DNA from: an uncultured Eubacteriales bacterium
GTDB lineage: Bacteria > Bacillota > Clostridia > Oscillospirales > CAG-272
Reading direction: 5' to 3'
Assembly: GCA_934378145.1 (NCBI GenBank)
Contig: CAKXXW010000002.1
Location: 10,426 to 74,425 of the forward strand
DNA length: 64,000 bases
Shown here: positions 38,999 to 49,249 of the stretch, in pieces
How the letters are laid out: each line of letters begins with the position of its first letter
How positions within the stretch are numbered: the first letter of the stretch is position 1
Position numbers and translations under genes: made by a program
Notes under the pieces: model-generated
What the model was told of the DNA's origin: nothing
Seen by the model: only the letters and a program-made list of their open reading frames with translations
The model's database searches: none

Positions 38999-40672
38999 AT
39001 GGCAGAAAACACACGCGAAAAGAGTGCGGATACGCTTCGCACGCTCCTTAACGCAGAGGTCAGGCGCAGAGGCTCCTCTGTTGCGATCTCGGCAAAATCG
39101 GGAGAACGCTATATCAACTTTTCACGCAAGACCCTGCGCGAAAATGCGCACTCCCTCGGTGCGGCGCTCCGCGCCGACGGCTACGAGGGCAAAAATATCG
39201 TTATCGCAGGCGAGAACGGCTATTTCTGGGCAATGAGCTACCTTGCCGTTACCTGCTATTGCGGCACGGCTCTGCCGCTCTCGCGCAGTCTTGAGCCCGA
39301 AACATTTGCAAATATAGCCTCCGACTGCGGCGCACCTCTTGCCATACTCGGCGACGAATGTGAAAGTATCGCCGCCGCACTTAAGGGAAAAGGCATAAAA
39401 ACGATCTCCTTTTCCGACCTTGACAGCCTTATCCTCCGCGGAAGCACAGAAAAGCCCGGGCATCACCAGCTGTCTCCCGACACGGTCGCGGAGCTTGCGG
39501 TATCGTCGGGCACCGAAGGCAGGATCAAGATAGCCGAGCTGACTCACGCCAACCTTTGCTTTACTTTGTCCCAGCTCTCGAAGATGCTCCCGGTCGGAGA
39601 GGCGGAGGTCTTCTATTCCGTCCTTCCGCTCACCCATTGCTACGAGCGCATCTGCGGATTCCTCTACCCGCTATGTAGCGGAGCAACCGTAGCTTACGGC
39701 GAAGGTCTGCGGCACCTTTCGACAAACCTCCGGACGGTAAGACCCACGGTAATACTCTGCGTTCCGTTCGTGCTTGACAGGATATACTCGAAGATCTGGC
39801 AGAACATCGAGAAGAAAGGCATCGGCGAAAAGGTCCGCCGCGTCATAAAGCTCACGAACGCCACGGGACCGCTCAGAATGACGGTCAGACGGCAGATCTT
39901 CGCGGAAATACACGACACCCTCGGTGGAAGGCTCTCGCTCCTTATGTGCGGAGGAAGCCCAGCCGATCCCGACACGATCTCTGGGCTTCACGACTTCGGG
40001 ATCCGTGCGCTCCAGGGCTACGGAATGACCGAATCGGCGGCGCTTATTTCGGTGAACCGCCGTGACCTTCACGAATATTCCTCTGTAGGACTCCAGACCC
40101 CCGACAGCCTCATCGACATATACAACATCCAGAACGACGGTATCGGTGAAATACGCTACCGCGGCGGAAACATTATGAAGGGTTACTTCGATGACCCCGA
40201 AGCTACCGAAAAAGCAGTATCCGGCGGATGGCTCTACACCGGAGATATGGGGTACTTCGACCGTCGCGGCTTCCTCCATATCGTCGGAAGGAAGAGCAAC
40301 ATAATCACCACCAAAAAGGGCAAACAGATCTTCCCCGAAGAGCTTGAGGCAGCCCTCTGCCACAGTCCCTTCGTGAAAAGCGTCGTGGTCGTCGGTATCC
40401 CGAATACGGCAAACGACGATTACGACATAGTAGCCGTGATATTCCCCGATGAGAAGAACCTCTCGGAGATCTACGGTGAATACCTCTCGGATGAGCAGGT
40501 CTCAGCCGAGCTTACCTACGCTGTCAGACAGGCAAACAGCGACCGCGACAGCTCCCGCCGCATCCGTAAATTCATCATAAGGCATGAGGACTTCCCGATG
40601 AACGAGGACGGCAAGATCCTGCGTGCCGGGGTCGCCGAAGAGGCTTCGCGCCTTGCCGGAAAGAATGTCTGA
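38999..40672 (+). CDS. AMP-dependent synthetase/ligase (long-chain acyl-CoA synthetase-like)
   Basis: Degenerate AMP-binding motif SSGTEGRIK, plus GYGMTES and YTGDMGYFDRRGFLHIVGRKSN. Confidence 0.8.
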   Translation: MAENTREKSADTLRTLLNAEVRRRGSSVAISAKSGERYINFSRKTLRENAHSLGAALRADGYEGKNIVIAGENGYFWAMSYLAVTCYCGTALPLSRSLEPETFANIASDCGAPLAILGDECESIAAALKGKGIKTISFSDLDSLILRGSTEKPGHHQLSPDTVAELAVSSGTEGRIKIAELTHANLCFTLSQLSKMLPVGEAEVFYSVLPLTHCYERICGFLYPLCSGATVAYGEGLRHLSTNLRTVRPTVILCVPFVLDRIYSKIWQNIEKKGIGEKVRRVIKLTNATGPLRMTVRRQIFAEIHDTLGGRLSLLMCGGSPADPDTISGLHDFGIRALQGYGMTESAALISVNRRDLHEYSSVGLQTPDSLIDIYNIQNDGIGEIRYRGGNIMKGYFDDPEATEKAVSGGWLYTGDMGYFDRRGFLHIVGRKSNIITTKKGKQIFPEELEAALCHSPFVKSVVVVGIPNTANDDYDIVAVIFPDEKNLSEIYGEYLSDEQVSAELTYAVRQANSDRDSSRRIRKFIIRHEDFPMNEDGKILRAGVAEEASRLAGKNV

Positions 40673-40780
40673 AAAACCGCATAAAGGAGGTCGGAAAAGA
40701 GAAAAAACACCTGCCGCAAGGCATAAGTTCAAACAAAAATTCGCGGGAGACCGCAGTAACAAAGGATTCTGAAAACAACC

Positions 40781-41803
40781 ATGAAATATATAACTTTTAC
40801 GGTGCCGTGCTACAATTCGGCGGCATATATGCGCAAATGCATAGATTCACTTCTTCCGATCGGGCGTGATGCCGAGATCATAATAGTCGACGACGGCTCG
40901 AGCGACGACACGGGCGTCATAGCCGATGCCTACGCGGAAAAATATCCGAACATAGTAAGAGTCATACACAAGGAAAACGGTGGTCACGGCTCGGGCGTAA
41001 ATGCCGGACTTGAAGCCGCAAAGGGACTCTACTTCAAGGTAGTGGACTCGGACGACTGGCTCAACGAGAAATCGCTCAGAAAGCTGCTCAATACGATAAA
41101 ACTCCACTATGCCGCCGGAATCAATGCCGACCTTTACTTCACAAACTATGTCTACGAGCATGTGGAGGACGGCACCAGCTACTCTGTCGACTACAAAAAT
41201 GTCTTTCCGCAGAAAAAGCTCTTCACATGGAAGGACACGAGCAGCTTCCGCCCCTCGCAATACCTCACGATGCACGCGATGCTCTATAAGACCGAGGTAC
41301 TCAGGAAGAGCGGACTGAAGCTCCCTCTTCACACCTTCTATGTCGACAACATATTCATCTTCCATCCCCTGCCCTATGTCGAAACGATGTTCTACCTCAA
41401 CACCGACCTTTACAGGTACTTCATCGGGCGCTCGGATCAGTCGGTCAATCAGGAAATAATAATCAAGCGCATAGATCAGCAGATATTCGTCACTAAATGG
41501 GTCGCCGAGGACTACCTGAAGCTCCAGCCGATGATAAAGAGCCGCAGGCTGAAAAAATATATGCTCAGCCATGTCTCTATCCTCGTCACGATATGCTCGG
41601 TCTTCCTGACACTCAAAGGCACCCCCGACGCGCTCCTCAAGAAGCGTCAGCTCTGGGAATACTTCAAGCGCCTTGACAAAAAGCTCTATAATAAGATCGT
41701 GTACAACTCGGTCGCGGGCCTTACGAATATCCCGGGCAAGGGCGGCAGGTTCCTAGTAAAGAACGGCTACAAGCTCACCCGCAAGATATTCAAGTATAAC
41801 TAA
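40781..41803 (+). CDS. glycosyltransferase family 2
   Basis: FTVPCYNSAAYMRKCIDSL, IIIVDDGSSDDT, and a DxD-like VDSDDW motif. Confidence 0.85.
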   Translation: MKYITFTVPCYNSAAYMRKCIDSLLPIGRDAEIIIVDDGSSDDTGVIADAYAEKYPNIVRVIHKENGGHGSGVNAGLEAAKGLYFKVVDSDDWLNEKSLRKLLNTIKLHYAAGINADLYFTNYVYEHVEDGTSYSVDYKNVFPQKKLFTWKDTSSFRPSQYLTMHAMLYKTEVLRKSGLKLPLHTFYVDNIFIFHPLPYVETMFYLNTDLYRYFIGRSDQSVNQEIIIKRIDQQIFVTKWVAEDYLKLQPMIKSRRLKKYMLSHVSILVTICSVFLTLKGTPDALLKKRQLWEYFKRLDKKLYNKIVYNSVAGLTNIPGKGGRFLVKNGYKLTRKIFKYN

Positions 41804-41810
41804 AAAAATC

Positions 41811-41858
41811 AAGGATCTCCCTCTCCGGAATTCCGGAAAAGGAGATCCTTTTTCTTTT
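41811..41858. terminator. bidirectional rho-independent terminator between the GT2 gene and the CHAP-protein gene
   Basis: AAGGATCTCC...GGAGATCCTT outer stem with inner palindrome TCCGGAATTCCGGA, A-run upstream and T-run downstream. Confidence 0.85.
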
Positions 41859-41869
41859 GGTTTCAAATT

Positions 41870-43402
41870 TTATCCGAGTCTTTTCTTAACTATCAGCGCG
41901 GCACCTGTCCCGCAAAGCAGGGTCAAAAGAAGTGCCTGCGATGCCGAAAAGCCCGCACAGCCACCGCCCCCGTTATCCTGACCGTCTTCGGGATCCGCCG
42001 ACGCGATGACCTGAATATCGCTGTTATCGGAAATATCATCACTGTCCTGCACCGTCGCCGTGATCGGGACAGCCTCATATACCGCCGTGTATTTCCGATT
42101 TCTGACAGCCTCGTCGTCAAACCAGATGTTCCATTCCTTGAAGATGTAATCGAACTCTCCGTCCGACGGGCGCACGGGATGCTCGGCTTCCTTGACTTTA
42201 TCACCGTAGTTGTAGACCGTTTTTTCAAGCAGAGTGCCGTCGTAGTCGTAAAATTCCACGGTGATCTTTCTCGGCTCGTAAACGGCGTAAAGCGTCATGT
42301 TTTCGGTGAGCTTCACCTTGCTTCCCGCGACATATTCGGCTTTAGTTGCGCCCTTTTCCTTCGCCCAGCCGAGGAATATCTTTCCCATAATGACCGGAGT
42401 CTTCGTCGGTATGACGATCTCTTTGTCCGGAAGGGTGCTTATCGGTTCGATCGAGGTGTCGGAGTCCCCGCAATCAAAGCTCAGAGAATATCTGACCTTT
42501 CCCGAAGGCTGAACATAGGTCAGATAGACCCAGCCGCTCTTGCCGCCGTACTCGGTCTTTCCCCAATCGCCCGACGCCTCGGTTATGTAGAGGTCTTCGC
42601 CCTTCGGCACTCCGGAAACGACAGACGACGAAGTGGTCGCCTCCGACCTCATATTGAGGGAGGACGCCGTAACGGTGTAATATCCCGGCTCTATGTAACC
42701 GCTGCTGTGCGGGAAGTCGGAATAATCGCCCTGCGCTCCCGTGTATGCGGGCGAGGCGTATCCTACAATATATGTATTCGTTTTCGCGTACGAGCGGTAG
42801 TTTACAAGCCCGCGAGAGGTGTTGCCCTCTATCGCGTAGACATTTTTACTGTCGGTCCCGACAACGATGCCTATATGCGAGGCGTGCCTCCTGTCGGCTC
42901 CGGCAGTCAGATAAAATATAAGGTCGCCGGCTGTCGGCTCATAACCCGAAGCCCGCGTATGGTAGCGAGATTTTGAAATGAAATCGTCAACAAATTTGTC
43001 GCAGCTCACCGAATTTATGATGACCGAGGTCGAAATCTTCGCCTGCCGCGCGCACCATGTGACAAAGGAGGCGCACCAATAATAGCTGTATGTATCGTTG
43101 TTGCTGTAAGTGTATCTGTTTCCGTAGTTATACTCAACATAATTGCCTGTCCCGCTCCAGTTGTCCCCGCCGAAATCGGCTTTGCTGTTCCCCTCGTGGT
43201 AGCCGAGCTGCGAGATCGCGACATTGAGTATATCCCGCCGCTGATCTCCGGTAAGCTCCACCGCGCAGAGCCTTTCATAGAATCTGCTCTTCTTGTATGT
43301 ATCGGTAACATCGGTCGAGGGCGAGAGCGCCGACACGCACAGCGGCAGAAGCAGGAACAAAAATACCAATGCCGCAGACATACAAAGAATTCTTCTTTTC
43401 AT
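41870..43402 (-). CDS. secreted CHAP-domain peptidoglycan hydrolase with SH3-like and Listeria-Bacteroides-type repeat domains and a C-terminal TM anchor
   Basis: Signal peptide; CHAP Cys/His (YYWCASFVTWC; SHIGIVV; EGNTS); SH3b-like segment (GDWGKTEYGGKSGWVYLTYV); repeats ending ...MTLYAVYE / ...YTAVYE; hydrophobic C-terminus followed by KKRLG. Confidence 0.75.
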   Translation of the reverse strand: MKRRILCMSAALVFLFLLLPLCVSALSPSTDVTDTYKKSRFYERLCAVELTGDQRRDILNVAISQLGYHEGNSKADFGGDNWSGTGNYVEYNYGNRYTYSNNDTYSYYWCASFVTWCARQAKISTSVIINSVSCDKFVDDFISKSRYHTRASGYEPTAGDLIFYLTAGADRRHASHIGIVVGTDSKNVYAIEGNTSRGLVNYRSYAKTNTYIVGYASPAYTGAQGDYSDFPHSSGYIEPGYYTVTASSLNMRSEATTSSSVVSGVPKGEDLYITEASGDWGKTEYGGKSGWVYLTYVQPSGKVRYSLSFDCGDSDTSIEPISTLPDKEIVIPTKTPVIMGKIFLGWAKEKGATKAEYVAGSKVKLTENMTLYAVYEPRKITVEFYDYDGTLLEKTVYNYGDKVKEAEHPVRPSDGEFDYIFKEWNIWFDDEAVRNRKYTAVYEAVPITATVQDSDDISDNSDIQVIASADPEDGQDNGGGGCAGFSASQALLLTLLCGTGAALIVKKRLG

Positions 43403-43423
43403 ATAATTCGCCTCCCTGCCTTG

Positions 43424-43452
43424 ATTATAGCAATTTTTCCGCCGTTTGTAAA
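43424..43452 (-). promoter_or_regulatory. putative sigma-A promoter for the CHAP-protein gene
   Basis: Minus strand: TTTACA, 17 nt, TATAAT, followed by a GGGAGG RBS. Confidence 0.6.
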
Positions 43453-43476
43453 CCACCCCGCGGATATTGGCGGAAA

Positions 43477-44217
43477 TTACCTGCCGAGGAAGAAGTCGAG
43501 CGCCTTCGGCAGCCAAGCATCCCAGAGCCGCCATTCATGCTCGCCGGGACACTCCGAATACCTGTAATCAAAGCCCTTGTTTCCGATAAATTCACGGAAT
43601 TCCCTGTTCTGACCGTAAAGGAAGTCCTCCGTGCCGCAGAACTGAAGAAGGCGCGGGCGCGGCAGGTCATTTTTTATCAGCTCATCGACAAGGTAAAAGA
43701 GATTATCGTGATCGGGGGCTTTGGTAAGATCGGGACCGTAGAGCAGTTTCGCAAGCTCTGTTTTATCGGGTTCGGTCACATATGTGTGAGCGCAGAGGCA
43801 TCCCGACATACTACAGGCAGCGGAAAAGACCTCCGGATTGCGGAGTGCGATCTTGAAGGCTCCGTAACCTCCCATCGAAAGTCCCGCGGCGAATGTCGCC
43901 TCCCTCTTACCGCTGAGTGCAAAAAGCTTATGGGAATGTGCAAAAAGTTCCTCCGTGATAAAAGTATAGATAGCCTCTCCGTATGCCATATCGGTGTAGA
44001 AACTGTTGCCGCCGTCGGGCATTATCAGTGCGATCCCGCGTTCCTCCGCATATCGAATGCACCTCGAATTTCGCACCCATGAGGACTGGTCGCCGCTGTA
44101 TCCGTGAAGAAGATAGACTACCGGAATGTCGGCGGATACCTTTTCGGGTATTACCGCCAGATATGTTGTGTCCGAGTGGAGGACTGCCGATTTGAAGTTG
44201 CATGTAAGAAGAGCCAT
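43477..44217 (-). CDS. alpha/beta hydrolase, esterase D/tributyrin-esterase-like
   Basis: VVYLLHGYSGD..., nucleophile elbow GLSMGGYGA, and C-terminal GEHEW. Start set at MALLTCNF... (RBS-like GGAAAGGGA upstream). Confidence 0.78.
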   Translation of the reverse strand: MALLTCNFKSAVLHSDTTYLAVIPEKVSADIPVVYLLHGYSGDQSSWVRNSRCIRYAEERGIALIMPDGGNSFYTDMAYGEAIYTFITEELFAHSHKLFALSGKREATFAAGLSMGGYGAFKIALRNPEVFSAACSMSGCLCAHTYVTEPDKTELAKLLYGPDLTKAPDHDNLFYLVDELIKNDLPRPRLLQFCGTEDFLYGQNREFREFIGNKGFDYRYSECPGEHEWRLWDAWLPKALDFFLGR

Positions 44218-44262
44218 ATCAGTGATCCCTTTCCGTTCTTTCATAATTTTATTTTTTCTTAG

Positions 44263-44291
44263 ATTATACCGCTTATCGGCGGCGATGTCAA
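44263..44291 (-). promoter_or_regulatory. consensus sigma-A promoter for the esterase gene
   Basis: Minus strand: TTGACA, 17 nt, TATAAT. Confidence 0.6.
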
Positions 44292-44321
44292 GAAAAAATA
44301 GGTCGACAGGTTTTTTTGCTC

Positions 44322-44350
44322 TTGTAAAATCCCGAAATAACTGCTATAAT
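44322..44350 (+). promoter_or_regulatory. putative sigma-A promoter for the nagA-DUF975-metG-tatD array
   Basis: TTGTAA, 17 nt, TATAAT, about 30 nt before AAAGGAG and the ATG at 44382. Confidence 0.6.
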
Positions 44351-44381
44351 AATATTATTCTCGCGGAAAGGAGTGCCACAG

Positions 44382-45518
44382 ATGAACACAGTCATTGAAA
44401 ACGCGGTGATATGCGACACCGAAAACATGACCCTTCACAGAGGCAGCATATCATTTTCGGACGGGATCGTCGGGGACAGACAGGACGGCGACACCGACCT
44501 TCTTATCGACGCGGAGGGCGCCTTCGTCATCCCGGGATTTGTCGATGTCCACACACACGGCAGAGCGGGATACGATTTCTGCTCGGCAAGTGAAGAAGGC
44601 ATGAAAGAGGCGGCAACGAGCTACCTTTCCGTCGGCACGACAACTCTGATGCCGACCCTTGCCTCGGCTCCTTACGAAGAACTTCTCGCCGCCGCCGACA
44701 GGATAAATTCGATCAGGGGCAACACGGGCGGTGCGAACTTTGCCGGTATCCACCTTGAAGGCAGATACCTTAACCCCGACTTTCGAGGAGCGCACAAAAA
44801 AGAGCTCCTCGCCGCGCCCGACACGCGCGAGCTTGAAGAGCTGGTATTCCGAATGTGCCTCCCCTGCCATATAAGCGCCGCACTCGAGCTTGACGGCGGC
44901 GAAGAATTCGCAAAGAAGGCAAAAGTCCTCGGCGCAACACTCGGACTCGGGCACACGGGCGCCGATTTTTCACGGGCTTATGAGCTTTACGAAAAGTACG
45001 CGATCAGTTTCACGCATCTTTTCAACGCAATGCCGCCGATACATCATCGGGCGGGCGGAGCGGCGGTCGCGGGACTTGAATCGGGAGCCTTCTGCGAACT
45101 TATCTGCGACGGTATGCACATCTCGCCCGAAATGGTAAGGCTCGCATATACCTGTCTGACCCCTGAACGGCTCGTACTTATCACCGACTCGATGGAGGCT
45201 GCCGGTTGTCCCGACGGCGATTACACGATAGCCGGCTCGCCCTGCAAGGTAAAAGACGGAAAAGCGCTAACCCCCGAGGGCAAGCTCGCGGGAAGCACGC
45301 TCGATCTGAAAACAGCCGTCGAGAATCTTATGAGATTCTGCGGCGCGGGACTTGCCGAAGCGGTAAGGTGCGCAACCCTGAATCCCGCGCGCGAGGTCGG
45401 GATCGAAAGCACGGTAGGCTCTCTCCGTCCCGGCAAACACGCCGACGCACTGATCGTCCGCGAAAACTCAGGCAAACTCATTATTGAAAAAACATTTATC
45501 GGAGGCATACAGGTATGA
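44382..45518 (+). CDS. nagA: N-acetylglucosamine-6-phosphate deacetylase
   Basis: Amidohydrolase motifs (GFVDVHTHG; IHLEGRYL; THLFNAM; ITDSM). Start set at the ATG 8 nt after AAAGGAG rather than the upstream GTG. Confidence 0.88.
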   Translation: MNTVIENAVICDTENMTLHRGSISFSDGIVGDRQDGDTDLLIDAEGAFVIPGFVDVHTHGRAGYDFCSASEEGMKEAATSYLSVGTTTLMPTLASAPYEELLAAADRINSIRGNTGGANFAGIHLEGRYLNPDFRGAHKKELLAAPDTRELEELVFRMCLPCHISAALELDGGEEFAKKAKVLGATLGLGHTGADFSRAYELYEKYAISFTHLFNAMPPIHHRAGGAAVAGLESGAFCELICDGMHISPEMVRLAYTCLTPERLVLITDSMEAAGCPDGDYTIAGSPCKVKDGKALTPEGKLAGSTLDLKTAVENLMRFCGAGLAEAVRCATLNPAREVGIESTVGSLRPGKHADALIVRENSGKLIIEKTFIGGIQV

Positions 45519-46319
45519 ACGCTGTAAAGACCGACAGAGATCCCGCAAGGGTACCGCACCTCGTAAAGCCGGCAAAAGCCGCGGCAAGGCTTGCGATTTC
45601 GGATCACGGGACAAGGCTGACGCTCGTCTTTTCGCTTATGATATGCGGCGCCGCCGTGATCTGCCTGTTTATGGCTGCGGCAGCCTTCACATATGCCTTT
45701 TCGGTGATGACCGACGATGCCCTTCCGCAAGCGGCATACAGCACAGCAGACATTGTTTCGCTCCTTCCGATACTGCTCGTATCGGCGCCTCTCTGCCTCG
45801 GATTTTACCGGATGGCGGTCAGAGCCTCACATGGTGAGAGCATCGGACTTTCCGAGACATTCAGGTATTTCTCGTCATTTCCGCTCGCAGCAAAGAGCTG
45901 GCTCGTCGGGATCATAGCGACCTTTCCGGTGATCTTCGGCGTCACAGCGTATTCGCTCGCCGATCTCTTACCCGAGGGTGACGCTTCGGAGCTTGTCAGG
46001 TTTATGTTCATCCCGATAGTGCTGATATTTCTCTGCGCGATAAACCTTCTATCGCTCCCGACGGCATACTCATTTATATGCTCGGACGATTCAAACCCGT
46101 TAAAATGCTTTGCCGTATCGGTAAAGGCATCATCAAAAAGGAAACTTTCCGTCCTCGGTCTGAGGTTCGGTTTCCTGCCGCTGATGCTTCTCTCACTCTG
46201 CACGGTCGGCGTACTGTTTCTGATCTACACGATCCCTTATATGACGACGGCGGAGATATACTTATCCGAAATGATTCTCTCGGACAGATCTCAAATAAAT
46301 TCAACGGAGGATAAAACCC

Positions 46320-46327
<8 letters not shown>
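45515..46327 (+). CDS. integral membrane protein (DUF975-like), function unknown
   Basis: About 6 hydrophobic segments. ATGA overlap with nagA and an 8-nt overlap with metG. Family assignment is tentative. Confidence 0.5.
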
Positions 46328-48334
<2,007 letters not shown>

Positions 48335-48338
<4 letters not shown>

Positions 48339-49123
48339 GATTCTTCGACACACACGCGCATTACACCGACGAGCGCTTTTCGGAGGAATATCCGGGCGGC
48401 GCCGATGCCCTGCTTCCGGAGATATTTGCCTCGGGAGTGGAATATATAGTCAACGCGGCAACAAATGTAAAAAATTCCGCCGAAGTCATAGCTCAGGCGA
48501 AAAAATACCCCGGGATGTTCGCCGCCGTCGGCATCCATCCGGAGGATTGCCCGACGCTCCCAGACATTGACGGTGAGCTTGCCGCGCTCACTTCCCTGCT
48601 TGAAAACAGGAAGGAAAACAAGATAGTTGCCGTCGGAGAGATAGGACTTGACTACTATTGGGACAAGGATCACAAAGAGCTTCAGAAAGAGTACCTTGAC
48701 AGGCAGCTCGGGCTTGCGGAAAGGTTTTCCCTTCCCGCTGTTATACATGACCGCGAGGCTCACGGAGACTGCTTTGAAGCGATCCTTCGCCACCCGAAAG
48801 CCTTCGGCGTCCTTCACAGCTTCAGCGGAAGCGCCGAGCTTGCCCTCGAATATGTGAAACGCGGTTGGTATATCTCCTTTTCGGGGGTCGTGAGCTTCAA
48901 AAATGCCCGAAAAACGAGAGAAGTCGCCGCCGTCGTTCCGGAGGATCGGATGCTCATCGAGACTGACTGCCCCTACCTCGCGCCCGAGCCGAACAGGGGA
49001 AAGCTCAACCGATCGGACTACCTCGTTTATACACTTTCTGCGCTCGCCGAGGCAAAACAGACCGACAAAGAAGTCCTCGGCAGTGTGATTTTTGAAAATT
49101 CCAGAAGAATATTTGGTGTTTGA
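48335..49123 (+). CDS. tatD: TatD-family metal-dependent hydrolase/DNase
   Basis: FFDTHAHY N-terminus, plus IGEIGLDYYW and HSFSG motifs. ATGA overlap with metG (conserved metG-tatD pairing). Confidence 0.92.
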
Positions 49124-49146
49124 CCCAAAAAAATCAATTTTAGCCC

Positions 49147-49175
49147 TTGCAATTTGTGCAACATTGTTGTATAAT
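49147..49175 (+). promoter_or_regulatory. putative sigma-A promoter for the EF-G paralog
   Basis: TTGCAA, 17 nt, TATAAT, about 75 nt before the ATG at 49250. Confidence 0.6.
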
Positions 49176-49249
49176 AGCTCTTGTGGCTGCAAAAAAAATT
49201 ATTATATATACGCCCGGATAAGTGGCACGGGACACAAGGAGGATTTTCA

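Noticed and set aside
40690-40780. Strong Shine-Dalgarno-like AAAGGAGG in the ligase/GT2 intergenic region, suggesting a hidden small ORF
   Set aside because: No ATG, GTG or TTG lies 4-12 nt downstream of it. The GT2 start at 40781 is supported by the conserved N-terminus (FTVPCYN).
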